Of a stretch of 28,826 nt of DNA, positions 1 to 8,306 are shown in pieces; positions within the stretch are counted from its first letter, which is position 1; each line of letters begins with the position of its first letter. Under the pieces are notes generated by a model. That model was not told the origin of the DNA, did no database searches, and was given only the letters and a program-made list of their open reading frames with translations. The DNA comes from a virus (Duplodnaviria > Heunggongvirae > Uroviricota > Caudoviricetes): the IMG/VR virus record IMGVR_UViG_3300043178_000179. One strand, 5' to 3'. A program made the translations under genes and the position numbers.

Positions 1-1
1 G

Positions 2-1195
2 CTCCGCGCGGACGCGGACGAGGACGAGGACGAGCTCGGCCGCATGGCCTTCCGTGCCCGCCGTCGCATGGCCCCTTCGCGCCGCCGCCGTGGCCCGCCT
101 CCCGGGATGCGTCCCCAGCTCCCGACGGACACCTACGACGCGATGCAGCAGCAGTACCAGCAGCCCTACCCGCAGCCCGCCTACGAGGAGCCCGCCTACG
201 AGGAGCCCGCCTACGAGGACGAGGGCTACGAGGAGGAGGGCTACGAGGACGAGGAGTACGGCGCGACCCGCTCGTCGCGGCTTCGTCGCCAAGCCTTCAT
301 CGGCTTCTTCCAGCGCCGGGCCGACGCGCTCGGCGCGACGGAGGAGGATCACGAGTCGGCGAGCCGGCTGCTCGCTTCGGCCGGCAAGGGCCTCCAGGCG
401 GCCGGCCGGGGCCTCGAAGCCCGCGGCGAGGTCCGAAAGGAGCACGCGCCCGAGGTCGAGGCCGCGCGCAAGGGCCTGACGAGCGCGCTCGTACAGCGCG
501 CGAAGGAGTCCCGCGCGGCGGCCAAGGCGGCACGCAAGGGCGTGCAGCCCGCCGGCGACGAGGACGAGAGCGTCGAGCTCCAGCCCAGCGCGCCGACCGC
601 GCGGGTGGTGCAGGGCTCGGGCGGCTGGACCTACGAGCAGCGGGCCGACGGTGCCGTGAAGATCGTCGGGGCGCCGTCCGGGCACGAGGGCGCGGTCGGC
701 AAGCTCCTGACGACGGGCCCGCAGTACGAGGCCATCGTCTCCGAGATCGGGGAGTTCGAGGCGACGGTGGGCCAGGAGCCGCGGACCTACGGCGAGCGGG
801 TGGACTCGCTCATGCGGTCCATCGACGACCTGATCGCCGAGGGGGTCGATCCGGAGAGCCAAGAGGTGTCACAGCTCCAGGATCTGCTGGACACGGCCCA
901 GGCCGAGGCCGAGCAGTACGGGCCGGACGAGCCGTTCTTCGGGGACGACCTGGGCGGCCGCGACCCCGGGGACGACGACGACATCGACGAGCTGCTGGCC
1001 GAGGACGACGACCTGCTGGGTGACGACGACGACGATGCCGTCGGCGGCCGCGATCCCGGGGACGAGGACGACCTCGACGAGCTGCTGGCCGACGATGCCG
1101 TCGGCGGCCGCGATCCCGGGGACGAGGACGACCTCGACGAGCTGTTGGAAGAAGCGCTCGCGGGCGCGGACGCCGACCTCCAGGCCGCGGGGTAG
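2..1195 (+). CDS. 5'-truncated acidic low-complexity repeat protein (>=397 aa); Arg block, Tyr/Pro/Glu repeats, GGRDPGDEDDLDELL repeats
   Basis: The frame is open from nt 2 (LRADADEDEDELGR) into the ATG at 44, so the true start is probably upstream of the window. Strong G/C-ending codon usage; TAG at 1193-1195. Confidence 0.8.
   Translation, partial: LRADADEDEDELGRMAFRARRRMAPSRRRRGPPPGMRPQLPTDTYDAMQQQYQQPYPQPAYEEPAYEEPAYEDEGYEEEGYEDEEYGATRSSRLRRQAFIGFFQRRADALGATEEDHESASRLLASAGKGLQAAGRGLEARGEVRKEHAPEVEAARKGLTSALVQRAKESRAAAKAARKGVQPAGDEDESVELQPSAPTARVVQGSGGWTYEQRADGAVKIVGAPSGHEGAVGKLLTTGPQYEAIVSEIGEFEATVGQEPRTYGERVDSLMRSIDDLIAEGVDPESQEVSQLQDLLDTAQAEAEQYGPDEPFFGDDLGGRDPGDDDDIDELLAEDDDLLGDDDDDAVGGRDPGDEDDLDELLADDAVGGRDPGDEDDLDELLEEALAGADADLQAAG
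175..249 (+). repeat. 15-bp tandem repeat (GCCCGCCTACGAGGA x3, then two degenerate units) encoding PAYEE/EGYEE
   Basis: Exact units at 175, 190, 205; variants at 220, 235. Confidence 0.9.
1031..1144 (+). repeat. 60-bp tandem duplication encoding DDAVGGRDPGDEDDLDELL; related copies at about 952-1002 and 3289-3336
   Basis: Units starting at 1031 and 1091 are identical over 54 bp. A degenerate copy lies upstream and another lies in the gene at 3145. Confidence 0.92.
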
Positions 1196-1202
1196 GGGAC
1201 CG

Positions 1203-1841
1203 ATGGGTCGCTTCCGCCGCCGCTACTGGGGCGACCACTCGCCCTACACGATGCCGGCCTACCAGTCGGGGTACTACGTCGAGATCCCGCCGGTCGACCC
1301 CTACCGGTCTCCGTCGCCGGTCGACGTGTACCCGCGGGCAGGCTTCTCCCCGAGTCCGTACCTGGGCGCGAAGGATGCCCGTCGGCTCCACATGATGCCG
1401 ATCCTGCGACACTCCCCGGACTGGATCGACCGGGACCGGGCGCTGTGGGGCGCACCGAACCGGATGGGCGAGGAGGCGGCGCCCGCCGCGCCCAAGCGGA
1501 AGCGGCCCTTCGAGGCGGTGAGCCGGGTCTTCACCCCGGCCGAGCCGGGCGGGACGAGCCCGGCCGCGCAGGCGGTCCAGAAGATCCAGGAGATCGCGCC
1601 GAAGGTCCAGGCGCTGGCCACCGGTCGCTTGTCCCAGGCCGAGCAGGCCCAGCAGGCGCAGCAGGCGCTTCGCCAGGCGCAGCAGGCGCTCCAGGAGACG
1701 CGCACGGCATTGGTGGCACCGCCTCCGACCACGGTGGTACAGCAGGACCGCTTCACCGGAGCCGAGATGGCGATCACGGCCGGGGTCGCGGTCGCTGCCT
1801 TCGGCCTGGGGATCTGGATCGGCCGCTCGCTGGCGCGGTGA
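1203..1841 (+). CDS. Hypothetical protein, 212 aa; Arg/Tyr/Pro-rich N-terminus, Gln/Ala helix, C-terminal TM helix
   Basis: ATG 1203 follows the preceding stop and GGGG; C-terminal AEMAITAGVAVAAFGLGIWIGR is hydrophobic. Confidence 0.8.
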   Translation: MGRFRRRYWGDHSPYTMPAYQSGYYVEIPPVDPYRSPSPVDVYPRAGFSPSPYLGAKDARRLHMMPILRHSPDWIDRDRALWGAPNRMGEEAAPAAPKRKRPFEAVSRVFTPAEPGGTSPAAQAVQKIQEIAPKVQALATGRLSQAEQAQQAQQALRQAQQALQETRTALVAPPPTTVVQQDRFTGAEMAITAGVAVAAFGLGIWIGRSLAR

Positions 1842-1845
1842 GCGG

Positions 1846-2130
1846 GTGTCGCGCGGCTCGCTGGCGCCCTGGGACGAACGGGATCGCTACGCGCTCGGCG
1901 TAGCGGTACTCTCGGCGGCCGCGGTCCTCGGAGGGACGGTCTGGCTCCTGCGTCGCCAGGTCGAGCAGGGCGGCGTGTTGCAGGTCCGGGTGATCCACTC
2001 CGCGGACGCGGCGGTGCATGCGAAGCTCGACCGGATCGGGCACGTCCTCGACGCCTACCTGCCCGCGATCCAGAAGATCGCGGACGAGGGGGTGGACCTG
2101 CACGTCCGGTCGCCCCGGCGGCGGGTGTGA
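1846..2130 (+). CDS. Small membrane protein, 94 aa
   Basis: GTG start; hydrophobic YALGVAVLSAAAVLGGTVWLL; its stop overlaps the next GTG start. Confidence 0.7.
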   Translation: MSRGSLAPWDERDRYALGVAVLSAAAVLGGTVWLLRRQVEQGGVLQVRVIHSADAAVHAKLDRIGHVLDAYLPAIQKIADEGVDLHVRSPRRRV

Positions 2131-2648
2131 GTTCAGCGACCGCGCCGAGCCCGATCTACGTCGGGATGATGGCGGCGCTCGGCGCGACGGCCGCGGTGGC
2201 CACCCTCGGCGCGATCGGCGTCGCGGCCGTCGGTTTCGGCAGTTCCGCCAAGCGCCGTACGCCGGGATTCGTTGCCTGGGAGGAGGACACACCGGTCGCG
2301 GTGGTCTTCCGCCGCTTCAAGGACGACGGGGTCATCGCGCTTTTCCCGGAGATTCCCGCGGACGACGTGGGCTTGGCGATGTCATCCTACATGCGCGTCG
2401 GCGAGCACGGCCCGGCCTCGTGGGATCTCATCGCGAGGACGAGGCCCGCCTCGATGGACGAGCCGGACGTCAAGGCGCTCTACGACCTGCTGACGAAGGT
2501 CATCGGCTACCGGCTGATCGTGCGCAGGCGCATCACGTCCGAGATGAGCGCGTTTCGTCGTGCCTCGGCCCGCGGCTGGAACGTCTTGGAGTTGCCGACC
2601 CGGAAGCTCGCGCTGGCTCCGCCCACCGCGCGCCGGGCGCGCCGGTGA
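2127..2648 (+). CDS. N-terminally anchored hypothetical protein, 173 aa
   Basis: TM segment, then GSSAKRR, then a globular domain (VVFRRFKDDGVIALFPE...SYMRVGEHG...IGYRL) that I recall as a recurrent phage/plasmid hypothetical (unverified). Confidence 0.75.
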   Translation: MSSATAPSPIYVGMMAALGATAAVATLGAIGVAAVGFGSSAKRRTPGFVAWEEDTPVAVVFRRFKDDGVIALFPEIPADDVGLAMSSYMRVGEHGPASWDLIARTRPASMDEPDVKALYDLLTKVIGYRLIVRRRITSEMSAFRRASARGWNVLELPTRKLALAPPTARRARR

Positions 2649-2679
2649 GGGCTCACGGCTTCCATCCCCGGAGGTAACC

Positions 2680-3087
2680 ATGAACGACGGCACGCTTCTC
2701 GCACTGACCTTCGCCGGTGTCGGTGTGATCGCGAAGTGGGTACAGACCGGCTCCTGGAACGAGGAAGAGGAGCCGGCCTGGAGGCCGACCCCTCAGCAGC
2801 GGAAGCGGTTCCAGGAGCAGGCCGCTCGTGCCCAAGCCTGGGAACGCGCGCAGGTCGAGCAGTTCCGCCGCGGCGGGCCGTTCGGTGGGCCGAGGAAGAT
2901 CAACAGCGGGTCGTTCGCCGCGGCCGGCCGCTGGAAGGTCGTTGTCGGCGGGTCGATCGCCGCGCGGCAGCGCTGGCCGGCGAGGGTCTACAAGTCGAAG
3001 AAGTCGGCCCAACGCCGGCGCAAGGAGATCATGGAGGCGCACGACTTCGGCGTGCAGACCGTCTGGATCCTGCCCGAGGACGACTAG
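2680..3087 (+). CDS. Basic protein with MNDGT-hydrophobic leader, 135 aa
   Basis: GGAGGT SD at 2670-2675 and ATG 2680; the first 26 aa are homologous to the gene at 15087. Confidence 0.8.
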   Translation: MNDGTLLALTFAGVGVIAKWVQTGSWNEEEEPAWRPTPQQRKRFQEQAARAQAWERAQVEQFRRGGPFGGPRKINSGSFAAAGRWKVVVGGSIAARQRWPARVYKSKKSAQRRRKEIMEAHDFGVQTVWILPEDD

Positions 3088-3112
3088 CCTTCCGCCCCAA
3101 GTCCGGATCGAA

Positions 3113-3118
3113 TACACT
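3113..3118 (+). promoter_or_regulatory. Candidate sigma70-type -10 element (TACACT)
   Basis: TAnnnT hexamer in the short intergenic gap upstream of the gene at 3145; no clear -35. Confidence 0.35.
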
Positions 3119-3144
3119 CTGCCAACCACCCGGAGAACTTTCCC

Positions 3145-4221
3145 ATGACCGACGCCCTGATCGATCGCTCGACGACGGCCTCTCGCGCGCCCCGCGACCT
3201 GGCCGACGAGATCGACGACCTGCTGGACGACAGCGACGACGACCTGCTGCTGGACGACGAGCTGGAGGCGGAAGACGACGACGCCCAGGTCGGCGGCCGC
3301 GATCCGGGGGACGAGGACGACCTGGACGAGTTGCTCGACGAGGACGAGATGGGCGCCGAGGCGGTGGCCGCGGAGGAGGGGGAGTTCGGCTTCTTCCTGG
3401 CGATCGCGCCGGTCCTGGCGGCCGCGGTCGGCACGGCCGCGCTGGGCAAGCGGCACCAGAAGCAGGTGATCTCCTCGATGCCGTACCTGCGCGACGAGAC
3501 GCTCTACCAGCTCGCCTACAACCGGTTCCGCACCCGGAACATCCGCAACTCGGCGCTCCGGGAGATCCAGCGCCGCCAGCGGGGTGGCCGCCGCCAGTCC
3601 TGGCCGCAGGAGTACCGGAGCGCGACGCCGGTCCAGGAGGAGGAGGGCTTGCCGCGGTACGAGCCGCAGCGGGTTTCCCCGTACGTGCGCCGGGTCCCGC
3701 AGCTCCCGACGCAGACCTACGAGCGTCCGATCCAGGTGCTGACGCCGCAGCAGATCGCGGCCCGGCAGGCCCGGGCCCGCCAGGTGGCGAGGCAGCAGGC
3801 GGAGAAGGCCCGCGCCGCGCAGCAGCGGCTCGCCGCCCAGCGCGCGCAGGCCGCCGCCGCGGCCCGCGCCGCCGCCCAGCAGGCCGCGGCGAAGCCGAAG
3901 GCGCTGGTCGAGGCGCTGGCGCCCCGCGTGCGTCCCGAGGTCGCGCCGCCGCGCGGGGTGCCCCGGCGCCCCGAGGTCGCGCGCCCCGGCGGCCCTCGCG
4001 CCGTCCCTCGCGTCGCCCCGCAGCGCGTGGTTTCGGCGGCCGCGCTGCGGAAGCGCGCGGTCCTCGGAGCCGAGGCGCCCGCGCCGGCCACCTACACGCC
4101 GCCGACGAACCTGGTCGCGGCCTGGGGCCAGTGGCCGGTGCAGACGCTCGTCGCGGGTACCGCGATGTTCGCGCTCGGCGCCTGGGCGGGCCCGAAGCTG
4201 ATCGCCGCCTGGAAGGCGTGA
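3145..4221 (+). CDS. Acidic-leader, Arg/Gln/Ala-rich protein with internal and C-terminal hydrophobic helices, 358 aa
   Basis: GGAG SD; acidic N-terminus with GGRDPGDEDDLDELL; hydrophobic FFLAIAPVLAAAVGTAALG and C-terminal LVAGTAMFALGAWAG. Confidence 0.85.
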   Translation: MTDALIDRSTTASRAPRDLADEIDDLLDDSDDDLLLDDELEAEDDDAQVGGRDPGDEDDLDELLDEDEMGAEAVAAEEGEFGFFLAIAPVLAAAVGTAALGKRHQKQVISSMPYLRDETLYQLAYNRFRTRNIRNSALREIQRRQRGGRRQSWPQEYRSATPVQEEEGLPRYEPQRVSPYVRRVPQLPTQTYERPIQVLTPQQIAARQARARQVARQQAEKARAAQQRLAAQRAQAAAAARAAAQQAAAKPKALVEALAPRVRPEVAPPRGVPRRPEVARPGGPRAVPRVAPQRVVSAAALRKRAVLGAEAPAPATYTPPTNLVAAWGQWPVQTLVAGTAMFALGAWAGPKLIAAWKA

Positions 4222-4228
4222 CCCGGCG

Positions 4229-5629
4229 GTGAGCGCGTCCCCGCTGCTGTTGGCGCTCGTGCCGCACCGCGCCGAGACGCGGGAGCGGTTCGGCATCGCC
4301 ACGGCCGTCGTCGTGGCGGCGCTCAAGAAGGCGGGAACGCTCGCGGCGGGCAAGGGCCTCCAGTGGGTCCAGACCCCAGAGGGCAAGGAGCACCTGTCCA
4401 AGCTCAAGGAGCGGGTGAAGGTCACCGAGGCATCGGAGCGGAAGCGGCTCGACTTCCTGGAGCACAAGGCGCGCACCGCCAAGGGCGAGGACGCGAAGGC
4501 CCGCTGGGCGTCCCGCGCGAAGGCGTTGCGGCGCAAGCTGGACGACGCGCAGCTCGACGTCCAGCTCGCCGAGCAGGGCATCGTGGGCGAGGGCCCGGTG
4601 CTGGAAGCCAAGCGGAACCTGCTCGCGGCCGAGTGGGAGGACGCGGACGATGCGCGGAAGGCCGAGGTCGAGGCCGAGGTCGCGGACCTGGACAAGCGGA
4701 TCGCGGAGGTCGCTCGTCGCGCGAAGGCGCTGGCGACGGCCGCCGTGGCTCCCGCCGCGCCGGCGGCGACCGCTGCTCCCGCGAAGACGGGCAGCGCCCA
4801 GCGTCGTCGCCGGAAGCCCTCCGAGCTGGAGGAGGTCGACCGGAAGCTGCTCAACGGGATGGGGGGCCTGCGGTTCACCGCGCTGGCACCGCCGGGTCCT
4901 GGTCGGCTTTGCCGGTTGCCGTTCTACCCGGTCGACGACGCCGACGCATGGTCGGGCGCGACGGGGATCGACGAGCCAGGGGACGACCCGATCCTGCGGC
5001 TGACGATCCCGGCGACGCTCTTCACCTCGGGCCCGGTGCTGATGGAGACCCCGGTCCTGGACTGGGCGACCTACCGGCTGGTGGGACTCCAGACGGTGGA
5101 CGACGGCGTGTATATCGGCAGCGCGGCGGCCGCCGGTACCGCCGCGCCCGGGATCACGCTCTCGAACCTGAGCGTCTACAACTCGCGGAGCCTCTTCCTC
5201 CAGGAGGCGCAGGTCCCGGCCTGGACGTACTCGGTGATGCCCGGAGACATGACGGTGGCGCCATCGGGCACGATCGGGGTGTTCGAGCCGGTCACGCACT
5301 ACCTCCGGAGGAAGTCTCGCTTCTTCTCGGGGCTCCGGGACTACCCGGTGGTGAACGACACGGCCTCGGTCCGGATCACGGTACGGGCCTTCACCGGCCC
5401 GGCCGCCGCCGAGGGTGCGGACGGCCTGGCGATCCCCTTCTCCTGCAACCTCGTGGTCGAGATCCTGGAGGACAAGCTGATCGGGGATCCGGTGAACCCG
5501 GGGCCGTACGCCCGCGCCGGTGCCCTGATCAAGGCGGGCACCCGAGAGATGGGGCTCACGACGGGGATCCTGGGTGGTCCTCCCCGCGAGGTCTTCCAGA
5601 TCACCTCCTCGCGCTATCGGCGCGAGTAG
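4229..5629 (+). CDS. Coiled-coil N-terminus plus beta-rich C-terminal domain (candidate jelly-roll structural protein), 466 aa
   Basis: GTG start; heptad-like K/E/A/R region; after NGMGG (4859) alternating-hydrophobic strands (ILRLTIP, YRLVGLQT, ITLSNLSVY, SVRITVRAF, FSCNLVVEIL). The fold is inferred. Confidence 0.8.
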   Translation: MSASPLLLALVPHRAETRERFGIATAVVVAALKKAGTLAAGKGLQWVQTPEGKEHLSKLKERVKVTEASERKRLDFLEHKARTAKGEDAKARWASRAKALRRKLDDAQLDVQLAEQGIVGEGPVLEAKRNLLAAEWEDADDARKAEVEAEVADLDKRIAEVARRAKALATAAVAPAAPAATAAPAKTGSAQRRRRKPSELEEVDRKLLNGMGGLRFTALAPPGPGRLCRLPFYPVDDADAWSGATGIDEPGDDPILRLTIPATLFTSGPVLMETPVLDWATYRLVGLQTVDDGVYIGSAAAAGTAAPGITLSNLSVYNSRSLFLQEAQVPAWTYSVMPGDMTVAPSGTIGVFEPVTHYLRRKSRFFSGLRDYPVVNDTASVRITVRAFTGPAAAEGADGLAIPFSCNLVVEILEDKLIGDPVNPGPYARAGALIKAGTREMGLTTGILGGPPREVFQITSSRYRRE

Positions 5630-5642
5630 CGAGGCCGGCGCG

Positions 5643-6137
5643 ATGCGTCCCCGGGCCATGGTGCTGCCACCCCGCCGGACGGCCGTCGTGCTGCCGACGG
5701 TCGCGAACCAGTTCTACCCGGGCTCCCCGGCCTGGGAGACCTTCGTCATGCACCTGCGCTCGAAGGCGGACGTGCTGGCGCTCACGCCGTTCGGCCCGAT
5801 GTCCGAGCCCATGGTCGCGGTCCACCCGGAGCTCACCGCGCCGGCCGAGCCGGACGACCGCCGTCTCGCGCAGGAGGCTCGGGTCCGGATCCGGACCTGG
5901 CTGAGCACGATGGGCTACGAGAAGGTCATCCTTCTGGCCTTCGGTCCCATGATGAGGCATTGGACGGACGCCGCGATCGGCCACCCCGCGGCGTTGCGGA
6001 CGAAGATCCTCCCGGTCCGCAAGAGTCGTCTCTGGGACTCGGTGCTGCGTCGGGACCTCTACAAGGCGGTCGGGATCGACATGTCCCAGCCCTCCGGCGC
6101 CAAGGAGGGCGGCGAGACGATCGCGGAGGTGGCATGA
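5643..6137 (+). CDS. Hypothetical protein, 164 aa
   Basis: ATG 5643; protein-like composition; ATGA overlap with the next gene. Confidence 0.7.
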   Translation: MRPRAMVLPPRRTAVVLPTVANQFYPGSPAWETFVMHLRSKADVLALTPFGPMSEPMVAVHPELTAPAEPDDRRLAQEARVRIRTWLSTMGYEKVILLAFGPMMRHWTDAAIGHPAALRTKILPVRKSRLWDSVLRRDLYKAVGIDMSQPSGAKEGGETIAEVA

Positions 6138-6571
6138 CCGCCCCGTCCGCCACGCCGAACGCCCCCAAGCCGATCGCGATGTTCGCGGAGGGCCCGGTGG
6201 TGATCGGTCGGATCGCGGTCGCCGAGCTGGACCGGGTGGTCCGGACCTCGGCCGATGTCGCGGGCTGGTACCGGTTGAGCCCGACCTGCCCGGCGCCGGA
6301 GTTCGCCGACGTGCTGCTCCAGGTCCGTTGCCGGATGGGCCAGCGGCTGCCCGTGCTTCCCTCGACGCAGGCGACGCTTGTGGTGCCGGAGGACGAGGAC
6401 GAGATCAAGCTGGTGATCACCGTGAGCCTGGCCTACATGGCGGCGTTGCGGGACGCCGCGCGGAGTTTCCGGGCTCCACCTCCGGCGCTCGTGTCGGATC
6501 TCGCGGTCCGGATGGCCGCGCTGGGCTATCTTCGGAACGCGGGCTATCTGCCCACGGAGCGCGAAGGATGA
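6134..6571 (+). CDS. Hypothetical protein, 145 aa
   Basis: GGAGGT SD and ATGA coupling at 6134. Confidence 0.75.
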   Translation: MTAPSATPNAPKPIAMFAEGPVVIGRIAVAELDRVVRTSADVAGWYRLSPTCPAPEFADVLLQVRCRMGQRLPVLPSTQATLVVPEDEDEIKLVITVSLAYMAALRDAARSFRAPPPALVSDLAVRMAALGYLRNAGYLPTEREG

Positions 6572-6768
6572 TCCACAGGCTGGTCCAGCCGCGACCCATC
6601 CGGTTGACGGAGCCGAAGGTGACGATCCCGCACATCGCGGTGGGTCTCTGGGTGGCGACAGCGCTGGTGCTGCTGCTGCCGTCGCCGCGGCAGCCCCGGC
6701 GGCGGCCCGAGGAGCGGGACGTGTTGCAGGCGCACGGGGTGATCATGGCGGCCTTCGGGCTCCTGTAA
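6568..6768 (+). CDS. Small membrane protein, 66 aa
   Basis: ATGA coupling; hydrophobic IAVGLWVATALVLLL. Confidence 0.6.
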   Translation: MIHRLVQPRPIRLTEPKVTIPHIAVGLWVATALVLLLPSPRQPRRRPEERDVLQAHGVIMAAFGLL

Positions 6769-6778
6769 GGAGGAAACG

Positions 6779-7069
6779 GTGGAGAAGATCACGGTCGGTG
6801 ACGGCTTCATGGAAGGCAACAAGCAGGGCGTGCAATGGGAGCGCGCGGCGCTCGGTCTGCCGCCGACTGCTTCTTCGGACGAGATGCTCGCCGAGACTCG
6901 GCGGGTCGGCGCCGAGCGGTACCGCTCGCGCCTGCTGGAGACCGGGAGTGCCTACCTGGACGGCTGGAGGGTGCCGGAGCACGCCCGCGCGAGCTTCGTG
7001 CTCGGGAAGGCCCACATGCAGTGGGCCATGGCCGAGACCCTGGCCGTCCTGACCGAGAGGGCTCACTGA
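6779..7069 (+). CDS. Hypothetical protein, 96 aa
   Basis: AGGAGG SD overlapping the previous TAA; GTG start. Confidence 0.75.
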   Translation: MEKITVGDGFMEGNKQGVQWERAALGLPPTASSDEMLAETRRVGAERYRSRLLETGSAYLDGWRVPEHARASFVLGKAHMQWAMAETLAVLTERAH

Positions 7070-7071
7070 CC

Positions 7072-7758
7072 ATGGAAGGCTCGACCAACGTGATGACGGA
7101 GCTCGGCTTCCCGGCCGACTACGGGTGGGGCGTCTACGACGACCTCCGTGGGGAGCCGCGCCGCCAGGCGGAGGTCGCGGCGCAGCAGCGGAAGTGCGGC
7201 ACCTGCCAGCGGTTCATCGTCCGGCCGCCGGAGGTCGACCTCGCCCGCGCCGCGCGTCCCGCCGGGGCTTGTGGCCCCGCGCAGTATTGCTTCGGCGGGG
7301 CGGTCCGGGGGAGCTGTACCTACCACGGCCAGCAGCGGGACAGCACGGACCTCTGTCCATTCTATCGCCCCGGCGGTCCCGGGATCCGCGGGATGGATGG
7401 CCAGGTGGCCGGCTCGCTGTCGCAGGGTTCCGCGAACGCGGCGTCTCCCGCCGCTCCTCCACCGGCCCCGTCGATCCCGACGAACGGCTGGGTGCTCTTT
7501 GCCGTCGCGCTGCTGACCGTGGCCGGGATCCAGCTCGCGCGAAGCGGGAGTCCGGCCCGCCGGCCCCCGCCGAAGGGCGGGTGGCTACCGGTGCAGATGG
7601 CGCGCTACTTCGGAGGTTCCTCGGTGCGCGCGGCGGACTTCCTCGACGCCATCGAGGAGCACGGCTTCGACCGGGCCGCGTGGGCAGCGGGCCTCGGTCC
7701 CGACGCCACCCAGGCCGTCTGGCGGTTCCTCGAAGGACGCCGTCGGCGCCCCTCCTGA
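7072..7758 (+). CDS. Six-Cys putative metal-binding domain, TM helix and short C-terminal domain, 228 aa
   Basis: C-x2-C-x21-C-x5-C-x8-C-x12-C; NGWVLFAVALLTVAGIQL followed by RSGSPARR. Confidence 0.75.
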   Translation: MEGSTNVMTELGFPADYGWGVYDDLRGEPRRQAEVAAQQRKCGTCQRFIVRPPEVDLARAARPAGACGPAQYCFGGAVRGSCTYHGQQRDSTDLCPFYRPGGPGIRGMDGQVAGSLSQGSANAASPAAPPPAPSIPTNGWVLFAVALLTVAGIQLARSGSPARRPPPKGGWLPVQMARYFGGSSVRAADFLDAIEEHGFDRAAWAAGLGPDATQAVWRFLEGRRRRPS

Positions 7759-7831
7759 CGGTCCCTCATGTGGACGATCGACACCGCGCAGAGCGACAAA
7801 CCTCGTCCGGGGAAACTCTCCCGCACGGGGG

Positions 7832-8299
7832 ATGACCTGGCTGATCTGTCGCGTGCTCCAGGATCTGCGCCGGGAGGGCCGGATAGAGATGGGTGCCATC
7901 CGCACTGGCCGGAAAGGACGACCGTCGCAGCGCTACTACGGTCTCGTTGGTTGGGAGGGATTTGTCCGCTTGACGCCTCCAAGCGCCGAGCCCTCTTTGC
8001 GATGGTGGGTGCCGGTGCTGAGCACGAGATGGCTTGAAAGCTGTCTCGTCGTCGAGCGTGCGATCCTGGAACGGCTTGTGAGTGGGCCAGCTTCGGTGGA
8101 TGCGCTTGCAGAAGACCTGCCACGCGGACAAGTCCACTTCGTGCTCCGCGAACTGTGCCAACAGAATCGGGTCCAGCGGACCTGGAGCGAGGAGGGAAGG
8201 AACCGTTCGCCAGCCTTTGCGCTGAGCCGCCCGGCTCCCCGCCGCCCGGCTCCCCGCCGCCCGGCCCCCCGCTGGCGGGATCCTTCGGTCGTGGTATGA
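7832..8299 (+). CDS. Tandem winged-HTH-like DNA-binding protein, 155 aa, atypical codon usage
   Basis: Wing-like GRKGRPSQRYY, then an ArsR/MarR-like unit (ILERLVSGPASVDALAEDLPRGQVHFVLRELCQQNRV). Many A/T-ending codons; the start is uncertain. Confidence 0.55.
   Translation: MTWLICRVLQDLRREGRIEMGAIRTGRKGRPSQRYYGLVGWEGFVRLTPPSAEPSLRWWVPVLSTRWLESCLVVERAILERLVSGPASVDALAEDLPRGQVHFVLRELCQQNRVQRTWSEEGRNRSPAFALSRPAPRRPAPRRPAPRWRDPSVVV
8226..8270 (+). repeat. 15-bp tandem repeat GCCGCCCGGCTCCCC x3 (encodes RPAPR)
   Basis: Units at 8226, 8241 and 8256 (the last has one mismatch). Confidence 0.9.
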
Positions 8300-8306
8300 G
8301 GAACCG

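Noticed and set aside
3379-3453. G/FFLAIA as a type IV prepilin cleavage site
   Set aside because: It is internal, follows an acidic rather than basic leader, and lacks Glu at +5.
5599-5609. GATCACCTCCT matching the 16S rRNA 3' anti-SD end
   Set aside because: It lies inside coding sequence (QITSS) with no rRNA context; a chance match.
2653-5659. Very long minus-strand ORFs (741 aa, 876 aa) and similar ones at 18384-20894 and 25583-27655
   Set aside because: They are antisense shadows of GC3-rich + strand genes. Their translations are R/G/P/A-rich without motifs, and the + genes have SD sites and coupling.
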